Under the pieces are notes generated by a model. It was not told the origin of the DNA, made no database searches, and saw only the letters and a program-made list of their open reading frames with translations. From NCBI GenBank assembly GCA_963758295.1, contig CAVWUU010000001.1:480001-544000 (forward strand): DNA of 64,000 nucleotides, read 5' to 3'. Source of the DNA: Candidatus Eremiobacteria bacterium (GTDB lineage Bacteria; Vulcanimicrobiota; Vulcanimicrobiia; Vulcanimicrobiales; Vulcanimicrobiaceae). The first letter of the stretch is position 1. The number at the start of each line of letters is the position of its first letter. A program made the position numbers and the translations under genes. Shown one piece after another: positions 26,387-40,068 of this stretch.

Positions 26387-27727
26387 GTGAGCGACGCGTT
26401 TCGTCGGCTTCCGGCCGTACACGTTCTCCTGGACCACCCATCCGTCGCGCCCTACGAGTCTCTCGTGGGGCGCGATGCTTTACGCACAGTGATCGCTCAA
26501 GAGCTGGATCGCGAGCGCATTGCCGGCGCAGCCGGACCGCTCGAACTCATCGCCGCGCGGATTGTCGAACGCGTGGAGAGGCTCGCGGGTGAGGCGTTGA
26601 TCGCCGTCGTGAATGCAACCGGAACGCTGTTGCATACCAATCTCGGCCGCGCCCCAATCGCGCAACGGGCATTTCGCGAAGCGTGGGATGTAAGCAGCGG
26701 TTATACCAATCTCGAGTACGATCTCGACGCCGGCGAACGTGGGTCGCGCTACGAGCGCCTCGGTGCATTGCTTCGTGAACTCACCGGCGGCGACGATGCG
26801 CTCGTCGTGAACAATTGCGCGGCTGCGGTCTTGTTGATGTTGGATACGTTTGCACGCGGCGCCGAAACGATCGTCGCGCGCAATCAACTCGTCGAAATCG
26901 GCGGCGGTTTCCGCTTACCCGACGTCCTTGCCCGAAGCGGCTCTACGCTCGTTGAAGCAGGCGCGACGAACAAGGTTTACCTCAAAGACTTCGAGCGGGC
27001 GCTCTCGCCTCGCACGGCGCTTATCATGCGCTCACATCGCTCCAACTTTTCAATCGAAGGGTTCACGCAAGATGTCGAACCCTCGGAACTCGTCGCGCTC
27101 GGGAAACGCGCCGGCGTGCCCGTCGTCGAAGACTTGGGCAGCGGTTCGCTCGTCGATCTTTCCGAGTACGGGCTGCCGCGCGAGCGCACCGTGCAGGAGG
27201 CTGTGCGTGACGGGGTTGCTCTTGTCGCTTTTTCGGGCGATAAGCTGCTTGGCGGACCGCAGGCCGGGATCGTCGTCGGGACGTCGGCGCTCGTCGCGCG
27301 TCTGCGTAGCAATCCATTGTTGCGTGCGCTGCGCGTCGATAAGGTGACGATCGGGTTATTGGCCGGAACGCTGCGCATGTATCGATCGAAGGAAGCCCGC
27401 GAAGAAATTCCGTTCTATCGCATGCTCGCCGCTTCCACCGAGTCGCTGCGAGAACGGGCGCAGGCATATGTCAACTGTTTCGCCGACGCCGCGGTTCTCG
27501 ATTCGGAAGCGTACGTCGGCGGCGGATCGCTTCCCCAAGCGCGCGTTCCCTCCGTAGCCGTCGCGTTACCGTCTCCGTTCCCCGATGAATTAGCGGCGCG
27601 GCTGCGCCGCACTCGCGTTCCCATCATCGCGCGCGTCGAAGCGGGCCGGATCTTGTTCGACTTGCGCACGATCGGCCCTCACGAAGATTCGCTGGTTCTC
27701 GACGCCCTGATATCGCTCGTTCAGTAA
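26387..27727 (+). CDS. selA: L-seryl-tRNA(Sec) selenium transferase
   Basis: VVNATGTLLHTNLGRAP, NLEYDL..GERGSR, VEIGGGFRLPD, EDLGSG, FSGDKLLGGPQAG, RALRVDK; GTG start inferred. Confidence 0.96.
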   Translation: MSDAFRRLPAVHVLLDHPSVAPYESLVGRDALRTVIAQELDRERIAGAAGPLELIAARIVERVERLAGEALIAVVNATGTLLHTNLGRAPIAQRAFREAWDVSSGYTNLEYDLDAGERGSRYERLGALLRELTGGDDALVVNNCAAAVLLMLDTFARGAETIVARNQLVEIGGGFRLPDVLARSGSTLVEAGATNKVYLKDFERALSPRTALIMRSHRSNFSIEGFTQDVEPSELVALGKRAGVPVVEDLGSGSLVDLSEYGLPRERTVQEAVRDGVALVAFSGDKLLGGPQAGIVVGTSALVARLRSNPLLRALRVDKVTIGLLAGTLRMYRSKEAREEIPFYRMLAASTESLRERAQAYVNCFADAAVLDSEAYVGGGSLPQARVPSVAVALPSPFPDELAARLRRTRVPIIARVEAGRILFDLRTIGPHEDSLVLDALISLVQ

Positions 27728-27739
27728 CAACGGGAGGAG

Positions 27740-29329
27740 GTGCAGATGGCCCGTTTCATCGCGATCGCGCTTGCAGCCGCGCTGCTTGTTGCATGCGGTA
27801 GAAGTCAGACGCCGCGTCAGCCGCACGTTCTCCGTATCGCCTACGCCGGCGACCCCAATTCGCTGGTGCCGCTCGTTGCAATCGATCAAGACGTCATCGG
27901 GCTGGATGCGCTGTTTTGCGAAACGCTCGTCGGTCTGTCGGCCGACAACCGCACCGTTCCAATTCTCGTAACGCGCGTTCCGTCACGGCAGAACGGCGAT
28001 ATTTCCCCGGACGGCAAACGCATCACCTATCACCTACGCTCCGATGCCAGATTCGCGGACGGCGTCCCCTTTACGTCGGCTGACGTAGCGTTCACGTACA
28101 AGGCCATCTTCGATCCGCGCAATCGCGCGACGACGGTTGAAACGTACCGCCGTGTCGTTTCGCTTCAGACCCCGGATGCGCACACCGTCGTCATCCATTT
28201 GGATAAACCGTGGAACGCGGCGGTTCGCGCGCTTTTCGCACAATCCGATTATCCGTATGGGATCCTTCCAAAGCACGCGTTTGAGGATACCAAGGTCGTC
28301 GGGACCCCGTGGGAAGACGCGCCTTTCGGCACTGGCCCGTTTCGCGTTACGCAGTGGAAACGCGGCGACCGGATAATCCTGGAAGCCAACCGCTACTACA
28401 ATCCGGCGCCGAAGTTAAAGCGTATTGTGATGGAGATCGTCCCCGATCTTAACTCGAATTTCGTCGCACTACAGTCCGGTGCAGCCGACGTAGGCCGATT
28501 CACTGCCGAGAACGTCAGCCAAGGGGAGCGTATTCCGGGCATTCGCGTCCTGCGCGTCCCGGAGAACGCGACGGGATTTCTTTATTTGCAAACCCAAGCT
28601 GCGCCTACGAAGGACGTCCACGTTCGGCGCGCGATTGCGTATGCGCTCGACCGGCCGGAACTGGCCAACGCGTGGCATGGAGAATACCTCAGCGCGAGTT
28701 CGTTTTTGCCTCCACCGATCGTAAGCTGGAAGAGCGTTTCGATTGCAGCGTACCCGCATGACCTTTATGCCGTGCGCGACGAGCTAACCGCCGCCGGTTG
28801 GCGGATGACCGACGGCGTTTGGACGAAGAACGGCGAAGCGCTGGGCGGCATTGTCGGCGCTAATTCCGAGGATCCGGTTTCCGTCCGCGTCGCAACGCTC
28901 GTTCAAACACAACTCGCAGCTGCCGGAATGCGGTTCTCCGTGAAGACGAATCCTACGCGGATTTGGTTCAGTACCGAAGGATTATTGCGCAACGGCAAAG
29001 CGGCCATAACCTCCGAGTCGTGGGTTGGCGGCGGCGATCCCGAACAATCGCTCAACCTCCGTTGCGTTCAAGCCGCAAGCGGCGGTTCCAATCATTCTTT
29101 CTACTGCTCGCCGCAGTTCGAACGACTATACGACGATCAATCGCGCACGCCGAGCGAGGCTCAACGCGATCGCGATTTCAACGAGATTCAGCAGCTCGTT
29201 CACGAAGACGTTCCGGTTATCCCAATCTACTACGAAGTGCTCCTCGAGGGCGTCAATCAGCGTGTCACCGGCTACAGCAAAAACATGCTCCGCATCCCCG
29301 TCCACGCTGAACTCTGGGACGCTCGATAA
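27740..29329 (+). CDS. Peptide/nickel ABC transporter substrate-binding lipoprotein (family 5), orphan
   Basis: RBS GGAGG, lipobox LLVAC, DGVPFTSADVAFT, GTGPFRV; no permease or ATPase genes adjacent. Confidence 0.9.
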   Translation: MQMARFIAIALAAALLVACGRSQTPRQPHVLRIAYAGDPNSLVPLVAIDQDVIGLDALFCETLVGLSADNRTVPILVTRVPSRQNGDISPDGKRITYHLRSDARFADGVPFTSADVAFTYKAIFDPRNRATTVETYRRVVSLQTPDAHTVVIHLDKPWNAAVRALFAQSDYPYGILPKHAFEDTKVVGTPWEDAPFGTGPFRVTQWKRGDRIILEANRYYNPAPKLKRIVMEIVPDLNSNFVALQSGAADVGRFTAENVSQGERIPGIRVLRVPENATGFLYLQTQAAPTKDVHVRRAIAYALDRPELANAWHGEYLSASSFLPPPIVSWKSVSIAAYPHDLYAVRDELTAAGWRMTDGVWTKNGEALGGIVGANSEDPVSVRVATLVQTQLAAAGMRFSVKTNPTRIWFSTEGLLRNGKAAITSESWVGGGDPEQSLNLRCVQAASGGSNHSFYCSPQFERLYDDQSRTPSEAQRDRDFNEIQQLVHEDVPVIPIYYEVLLEGVNQRVTGYSKNMLRIPVHAELWDAR

Positions 29330-29364
29330 CTCCTCACGATCCTCCACTCAGCGCAAACACCCTC

Positions 29365-30254
29365 CGTCACCCTGAGCTTGTCGAAGGGCAGGCGAATTCA
29401 GCAAATGCGGCGATGCGCCCATGCTTCGACGAGCTCTGCATGACGAGTTTTCGTATCGGCGAATGTGGGCGATCGCGCCCGTGCTTGGACAATCGCATTA
29501 TGCGCGCACAAACCCCCGTCACCCTGAGCTTGTCGAAGGGCCGGCGAATATCAGCGAATGCGAGATGCGCCTGTGCTTGGACAATCGCATTATGCGCGAA
29601 CAAACCCCCGTCACCCTGAGCTTGTCGAAGGGGCAAGCGAATATCAGCGAATGCGGAGATGCGCCCGTGCTTCGACGAGCTCAGCATGACGAGATGTCGT
29701 ATCAGTGAATGTGGCGATGCGCCCGTGCTTCGACGAGCTCATTATGACGAGACCGTCGTATCAAGCGAATCCGGACACCCGCCGGGGCTTGGACAATCGC
29801 ATTATGCGCGCACAAACCCCCGTCACCCTGAGCTTGTCGAAGGGCAAGCGAATATCAGCGAATGTGGGCGATGCGCCCATGCTTCGACGAGCTCAGCATG
29901 ACGAGATGTCGTATCAGCGAATGTGGCGATGCGCCCGTGCTTCGACGAGCTCAGCATGACGAGATGTCGTATCAAGCGAATGTGGCGATGCGCCCGTGCT
30001 TCGACGAGCTCAGCGTGACGAGATGTCGTATCAAGCGAAATGGGGCGATGCGCCCGTGCTTCGACGAGCTCAGCATGACGAGATGTCGTATCAGCGAATG
30101 CGGAGATACGCCCGTGCTTCGACGAGCTCAGCATGACGAGATGTCGTATCAGCGAATGCGGAGATACGCCCGTGCTTCGACGAGCTCAGCATGACGAGAT
30201 GTCGTATCAGCGAATGCGGAGATGCGACCGTGCTTCGACGAGCTCAGCATGACG
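29365..30254. repeat. Cluster and tandem array of CGTC-tagged REP-like palindromes
   Basis: 4 copies of CGTCACCCTGAGCTTGTCGAAGGG (29365, 29517, 29609, 29821) and 10 inverted copies of ~TGCTTCGACGAGCTCAGCATGACG; the last 7 are in tandem at a 58-60 bp period. Confidence 0.9.
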
Positions 30255-30339
30255 AGGGAGTGCCGTGCAAGGAGCAGCGTGGCTGGCCGGATGTCGGACA
30301 TAGGAGCGTGCATGCGATTCCCGTCGAGAATCCTCAGGA

Positions 30340-30390
30340 AAAATAAGAATACCGGAAAATGTTTATCGGGCACTCCGCGAGTGGTATAAT
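30340..30390 (+). promoter_or_regulatory. Sigma70-type extended -10 promoter
   Basis: TG-G-TATAAT at 30382-30390 with AT-rich upstream sequence in a GC-rich genome; weak -35 TTTATC at 17-bp spacing. Confidence 0.6.
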
Positions 30391-30395
30391 TTGAG

Positions 30396-30471
30396 AGTAA
30401 GTGAAGACAGAGGTTTAGTCCAATGGCGTAACTTGCCGGGGAGATGTGAAAACATCTCCCCATTCATTCTT
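30396..30471 (+). ncRNA. Candidate small non-coding RNA (~75 nt)
   Basis: Starts 6-7 nt after TATAAT; ends in a 10-bp hairpin GGGGAGATGT-GAAA-ACATCTCCCC plus ATTCATTCTT; no credible + strand CDS. Confidence 0.45.
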
Positions 30472-30480
30472 GCTCGGCAG

Positions 30481-33387
<2,907 letters not shown>

Positions 33388-33391
<4 letters not shown>

Positions 33392-34681
33392 GAATTTTCT
33401 TTCACCTCCGCGGTAGCGAGGACTTTATGGCAACACTCGCCGATGCGCTGAAGCGCTTCGTCGAGGTCGGCGTCGTCGATTACGAGGGGTACCAAGGCTC
33501 GTATGACGTTGCCCGCACCGGCGGGCATGAGTAAAACGCCGCGCTCGCGCGCTTCCGCGATGATGCGCGCGACGTCCAGAGTTCGATCCGCGTTAAACTC
33601 GATGCCGATCATGGCTCCAAGTCCGCGGACTTCTGCAATCGCTTGGGGATAACGCGTGGCGAGATCGTTGAATTGCGCGCGAATGCGTTCGCCGACGGCA
33701 TTTGCTCGATGCGAGCATCTCGTCCAGGGCTTCGATACTCGCGATAGCCGCCGCGCATGCGACCGGATTGCCGGCATAAGTGCCGCCCAAACCGCCCGGA
33801 GCCGGAGCATCCATGATCTCGGCTTTGCCGACAACCGCAGCGAGCGGCATTCCGCCCGCTAAAGATTTGGCAACCGTAATGATGTCGGGCTCGATGCCCG
33901 AGTGTTCGACCGCAAAGCGTTTTCCGGTTCGTCCGAATCCGCTTTGTATTTCATCGCAGATCAGCACGATGCCATGCCGGTCGCATAACGAGCGCAGCGC
34001 CTTCATGAACTCAACGGGTGCGGGAATAAAACCGCCTTCGCCGAGCACCGGCTCGACGATGATGGCTGCAATTCGCTCGGGCGCGACCGTGCTTGAAAAA
34101 ATTTCATCGAGCGCTTCGAGCGCGCGTCGCGTTGTCCAGCCGTGCAATGCGTGCGGAAACGGCGCGTGATAGATCTCGCTGCAGAACGGCCCGAAGTTTT
34201 GCTTGTACGGAACGTTCTTGCCGGTCATCGAGAGCGCCAGCAACGTTCGACCGTGATAGCCGTGCTGAAATGCCAGAACCGCGGGACGGCCGGTATACGC
34301 ACGCGCGATTTTAACGGCGTTTTCGGTTGCTTCCGATCCGGTCGAGAGCAGGAGCGTTTTTTTGGCCGACGGCCCGGGCGCGATGCGATTGAGCGCCTCG
34401 GCAACTTCAACGTACGGCTCATATGACGTCACTTGGAAACACAGGTGCGTGTAGAGTCCCGCCTGGTGGCGAATCGCTTCGACGACGGCGGGATTGGCGT
34501 GGCCTAAGTTCATCACGCCGATGCCGCCCACGAAATCGAGATACTCCCGGCCGTCGGCATCCCAGACGCGCGCTCCCGAAGCGCGGGCGATCGAAATGGG
34601 ATGGACGCACGAAACGCCGCGGGGAACGGCTTCCGCGCGACGGCGCGCCATTTCCGAATTCAGAGAGCTGATCGCCTGCAT
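33388..34681 (-). CDS. gabT: 4-aminobutyrate--2-oxoglutarate transaminase (frameshift near 33700)
   Basis: AVPRGV, DFVGGIGV, TGSEATENAVKIAR, YHGRT..MTGK..PYK, EPVLGEGGF, DEIQSGFGRTG, AKSLAGGMPL. Confidence 0.9.
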
Positions 34682-34715
34682 ACCTTTAGCGTACCGCGGC
34701 GGAAGGGCGCGCTCC

Positions 34716-34763
34716 ACGGTCGGCGTCACCAAATTTTGGCGGAATGTTGGTGCGCGGGCACAA
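34716..34763. promoter_or_regulatory. Paired 17-bp inverted-repeat boxes, putative PucR-family operator (gabT/pucR divergent region)
   Basis: ACGGT-N7-ACCAA (34716) and TTGGT-N7-CACAA (34747), 31 bp apart; same architecture at 36385 and 45876. Confidence 0.55.
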
Positions 34764-34774
34764 ACCAGCCGGGC

Positions 34775-36380
34775 ATGAACCTCACGGATGTGCTGGCCCT
34801 GCCTTCGATGACCGAGGCGACGCTGGTCGCGGGAATGGAAGGGACGGGCCGCCAGGTCCTCTGGTCTCACGTGGTCGACATGCCGGACCCGGTGCCTTGG
34901 ATGCGGACGGGGTTTCTTCTGCTTACGACCGGCTACAGCTGGCCCGAGAGCGAGAGCAAGCAGCGCCGGCAAATCGCGGACCTAGCAATGGCGGGCGTGG
35001 CCGCCGTCATCATGGCGGTCCCCAAATACCGCGAACATTTTTCGCCGGCGGCGCGAGCACAGGCCGACGCCTCAAAGCTCCCGTTGATCGAGATTCCGTT
35101 CGAAGTGCCGTTCGCGCAAATCATGGAAGAGCTTCACCGCGCCGTGATGATCGAGCCGTACGCGATCATCGAACGCTCGGAACAAATTCACCGCGCATTA
35201 ACGCGGGCGGCTACGCGCAATGCGACGCTCGACGATCTCGCGCAGGAACTCAGTTCGCTCATCGAACGCTCTATCACGTTCGAAGATCCCGACGGAAAAC
35301 TGCTTGCATCTGCCACGCTTGACGACGAGCTCGACGAAATCCGGCGCGAAACGCTCGCGTCGCGGGAAAAGCCCGCTCGCGACGATGGGCACGCTCGAAC
35401 GTACGGGTTTGAACCGCCGCATTCGCGCAACGGAAAAGCCGCTGCGCATTGCCGCGATGCCGGAAATCGGCTTGGCGGCGCGTGTAGCGTGTCCGATTCG
35501 CGTTGGATCGGAACTCGTTGGCGTCGTGTGGATCATCGAAGGGAAGACCCGCTTATCGGAGCTCGACCATCGCGCGGCGGAGCACGCGGCACTCGTCGCG
35601 GCGATTCATATCGCGCATCAGCGCGCGCTAACGGAAACGCAGGCGCGCCTCGGGTACGCGTCGTTTTTATCGTTGCTCGAAAGCGAGCCCGGACGGGAAC
35701 CGATCGCCGACGAACGCGTTCGTCTCCTAGGCTTCGATCCGAACGCGAATTACCGGGTAGGTATCGTTTCGATCCCGCAACCGCTTCCACTCGATGCCGA
35801 AGGTATGGAAAAGCGCGACGCCGTTGCAGCCGCCGTGCGCAATGCGTTGCGCAAAGCCGGACGCGAAGCGCTCGTAACGGTGTCGCTGAATCTCGTGCCG
35901 TTTTTGCTTCCCGCTTCCGTCAAGGCCGAAGTGATTCGCGATGCGCTCAACGATGCATCGCTTTCGATCGTCCTCGGGCGGGAACACCATGGCGCAGCCG
36001 GTGCCCGCACAAGTTACCGTGAGGCGTTGTCGCTGCTCAGTTACCGCGATCGTCCGGCGCTTTCAACGTACGACGATCTGCTTGTTCCGCGCGTCATCAT
36101 GGGCGACGCGTCGGCGCGCGACACCTTTCTGGAGGGATTCTTCCGGCCGTTGCGGGAGCGCAAGAACGGTAAGGAGTTGGCGAAGGCGTTGTTGGCGCTG
36201 GCTCGCCACGGTTTCCGGTTTCGTCAGGCAGCCGAGGCGCTCAACATCCATCCGAACACGCTGCGTTACCGCCTAGACCGCGTCAGCGAGGTTCTGTCGA
36301 TCGACTTAGCTGACGCCGACGTGCAATTCCGGCTGCAGTTGGCGGCGCGTTTGCTCGACGCGAGCAGCCGCGAATGGTAA
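34775..36380 (+). CDS. PucR family transcriptional regulator (frameshift near 35370)
   Basis: N-terminal PucR ligand domain (LVAG..VLWSHVVD..LLLTTG..PLIEIP), GAF-like middle, C-terminal AAEALNIHPNTLRYRL HTH. Confidence 0.92.
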
Positions 36381-36384
36381 GGTT

Positions 36385-36432
36385 CTGTATTTGTGTACCA
36401 GAAAGCAGCGTCAGTTTTGTCGGCGCGTACAT
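36385..36432. promoter_or_regulatory. Paired 17-bp boxes upstream of the TonB-dependent receptor
   Basis: CTGTA-N7-ACCAG (36385) and TTTGT-N7-TACAT (36416), 31 bp apart; more degenerate than the other two pairs. Confidence 0.4.
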
Positions 36433-36506
36433 AGCCTAGAGCACAGCGGCCCAGTAGACTAGCGAGAGAACGCATAGTGCATCACTACGTCCAAGAGCGA
36501 GGTTCA

Positions 36507-39500
36507 ATGCAGGCTTTCAAGCGCATCCTCATCCCTACTCTTGCTTTAGCGATGGTGTGGCTATCGCAACCGGTGCCCGCTTCAGCTTCGAACGTGGGAA
36601 GCGCGCGCGGACGCGTGGTGGACTCGGTAACGCATGCGCCGCTCGCCGGTGCAACGGTGACCGCGACCGCCCCTTCGCAGCAGGCGCGAACCGTGACGGA
36701 CAATTCCGGATCTTTCGCTTTCATCTCGCTCGCCCCCGACGCGTATGTCGTTCAAGTTGAAAAAGAAGGCTACGATCCCGCGGCACAGTCCGGCATCGTC
36801 GTGTTCGCCGACCAATCGTCGAACGTCAACGTTCAGCTCGTTAAAACGCTCAGGACCATCGCGCGGGTCACTTCGCGAGGTGCCGCCGATCTCGTTCGTT
36901 CCGGTACGACGAGCGACGTTTATTCGGTTAGCGGTGCCGGTCAAGGCGCCACTAACAATCTTGCCGGATCGGGGTCCTTGAATCAGGCGTATGGCGCAAT
37001 TGCAAGCGCACCCGGCGTGAACGTTCCCTCTAACCAGCAGGGCTGGTATCAAAGCGTCTACATTCGCGGCGGGGACTTCGACCAAGTCGCGTACGAGTTC
37101 GACGGCTTGCCGCTTACGCGCCAATCCGATTTAGCGCCAATCGCAACGCTTACAAATCTCGGAAATCAAGAAGTTCAGGTGTACACCGGCGGAACGCCGG
37201 CTACCTCAAATTCGTCGGGGCTCGCCGGCTACATCAACCAGGTGATCAAGACCGGCACCTACCCGGGGTACATGGACGCGCAGTTGGGTGTCGGCTCGCC
37301 GACGTTCTACCATTCCGCCACTATCGAAGCATCGGGCGCATCGCCGGACCGCCGTTTTAGCTACTACGTCGGCTTTTCGGGCAGCAATCAAAACTACCGG
37401 TACGCGGATCAGTTCAACGGTGCCGGAAATCCGCTGTATTTTTATCCCCTGGACATTCCAACGTCGAACTCGACGTTTGAGATTCTGGACGGAACGGGCG
37501 GCACGGCGGCAAACGCGTATGGCGCGGCGTTCGCACCAGGAAACAGCTACGGGCAAGCAACGAACTTCGATCGTGAAAATATCCTCAATTTTCACTGGGC
37601 GATTCCGCACAAAAATTCGCCGCTTCGCGACGACATTCAAGCGCTCTACGTAACCGGCGGCATCAACACGCAGTTTTACAGCGCGCCCGAAGAGTTAGGA
37701 CTCGACGGAGTCAATCAGGCGCTGCAAAACCAGGACGGTTTGTCGGGACTGCCGGTGCCGTTCCTTACGTCGACATACTACAACGGCGCGCTGATGCAGG
37801 CGCCGGATCAAAGTCTCTTGGTCAACGGCCCGTATCCGAGCCAGCCAAACGGCAAAGACTTCGTCGATAACAACGAACGCGACGGTTCGTTCAACGGCTA
37901 TTCGATCGAAAAGCTTCAGTACCAGAAAAATATCAACGATCATTCGTATTTGCGGCTTCTCGGCTATGGCGAATGGTCGGACTGGTTCATCAACGCGCCA
38001 ACGAGCGCGCAGCTGACGTTTGGCGCCGAACTCGCGGACTATGAGGTCAAGGACAACACGTTCGGCGGCGGTTTGACGTATGCGAACCAGCTTTCGCCCA
38101 AGCATCTGATCACCGCGCAAGCGTCATATATGACGCAGAAGCTCCAAACGTACAACGCGATGTTCAGCTCCACGGATCCGAGCACGACCGATTTACCGGC
38201 AACGGGCCTCGGAACGGTCCTCTCCAATTACGTCGATAATGCGGGCAATTGTTACAACTATGTCACCGGACAGGCGTGGAGCTGTTTCGATGCGGGAAGC
38301 GAGGGTGGTGCGCAGCCCGACGGGTCGATCAACCTTTCACCGGGAACGGCGCCCGGCGGAACGCCCGCGGCATCGAATGGCGCCCATTGGCTTGTAACCG
38401 AGAACGGTTACAGCGCGCAAGTCGATAACGTGCAGCCGTTCTTCACGTCGTATTCGCTGACCGATTTGTGGCAGCCGAACGATAAGGTAACGGTGAACGT
38501 CGGCGCTCGCTTCGACCACTTCACGTATAACACGAAGGACCTCTCCAACGGCTATCCCGCGCGCCAGTTTTGGTTCAATGCCTATAACCGAGAGCATTGC
38601 GGTGCTGCGGGCCAGTCGCCGGTTTGGTCTTGGGATCCCACGATCAATGGGTTCGATCCGTGCAGCACCTTCGGCGCGGATTACACGTCGATGAGTGCGC
38701 CCGGAAACGGGCTTTACAATACGGGCGCGGGATTCAAGTGGCCAACGTTTTTCAGCCGCGCATCTCGGGTACCTGGGCGCTGAATCCCGACACGGTCCTT
38801 CGCGGATCGTACGGCCGGTACGCTCGCGCCGAAGCTTCATCGTATTATCAGTACAATACCGTTCAGCAGAACTTGCCGTCGTTTCTTTCGCAGTTCTACT
38901 CGTATGGCTATCACACGCCGGTGCACGATATTTTCCCCGACACGTCGGACAACTACGACCTTTCGCTAGAGAAGCATTTGCATGGGACCGACATGTCGTT
39001 CAAGATCTCGCCGTTCTACCGCAGCACGCGCAATCAGATCCAGTACCTCTCGATTAGCGCACTTGGCGGCACGCTGGCCGGTTTGAACGTGGGGACGCAG
39101 CGCTCGTCGGGCGTCGAGTTCGCATTCCAAAAAGGCGATTTCGCTCGCGATGGCTTGGCATTCTCGCTCGCCTACACGCATACCGACAGTAAAATCAAAT
39201 ACCGTCCGATCAACGGACACAGCGTCGTCGACAGCTTAAACAACGAAATCGCGCAATACAACTCGTACACATACCAATGCGCGCAGCGACGAGTCGAAAC
39301 CGCAATGCGGCGGCGGCCAGTACGCGTCGAATGGAAACGCGGCCTTCGATAACACCGGTGGCGGCGGACCGAACAACGTTCCGAATCCGTACTATTGCCC
39401 GACCGTCAGCGCATCATGCCCGTATTCAGCGCAGCCGCTTCTCGACCCGAACGGAGATTATGCGCCGTACGACGTCATCCCGACCCCGTTCAACGCGGCG

Positions 39501-40068
39501 AACGGCTACGAAACGCCCGACGTCATCTCGCTTGTGCTGAATTACAAGCGCCACCGCTTCTCGGTCACGCCGTCGTTGCGCTGGAATAGCGGTTCGGATT
39601 ACGGATCGCCGGTGCAGTGGCCGGGGTACGTTCCGCAAGCCTGCACGGCGTTGCCCAGCGATACGCCTACGACGCCGGGCATCAGTTGCGGGGCAGGCGG
39701 CGCAATCTTCTTACCCGATCCCTACAACGGCAATCGCTTTGACAATCTGGGAGCGTTCCGGCAGCCGTCGCAGTTCAACACTCAATTTGCAGGCTAGTTA
39801 CGATGTGTCGCCGCGCGCTACGTTGACGGTCTCCGCGCTGAACTTAATAAACAAGTGCTATCAGCGCGGCTACGCATGGGATAATTCGACGACGTGCGTC
39901 TACTCGAGCTTGCCGTCGAACATCTTGGCGCCCGCAGGAAACTTCTTGACCAATCCGCCGGTGCAGGTGGCGTATCCATACGGCACGTTTTTCAACATCA
40001 CGGAAGTCGGCACGACGTCGGTGATCCAGCCGTTCAATCTGTTCGTCAACTTGAACGTAAAGATTTAA
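36507..40068 (+). CDS. TonB-dependent receptor with N-terminal carboxypeptidase-regulatory-like domain (several frameshifts after ~38740)
   Basis: Signal peptide, GRVVD..PLAGATVTA..TDNSGSF, plug region IRGG..YEFDG, barrel motifs NVGARFD, QPRISGTW..VLRGSYG, C-terminal FVNLNVKI. Confidence 0.88.

Noticed and set aside
29365..30254. CRISPR array or other guide-RNA array
   Set aside because: Sequences between repeats are near-identical rather than unique spacers, repeats occur in both orientations, and no cas or effector gene is in the window
29367..30463. Short ORFs in the repeat region (RHAELVEA, PSTSSG, LRRAQHD peptides)
   Set aside because: Translations of the palindromic repeats in several frames; no RBS or coding signature
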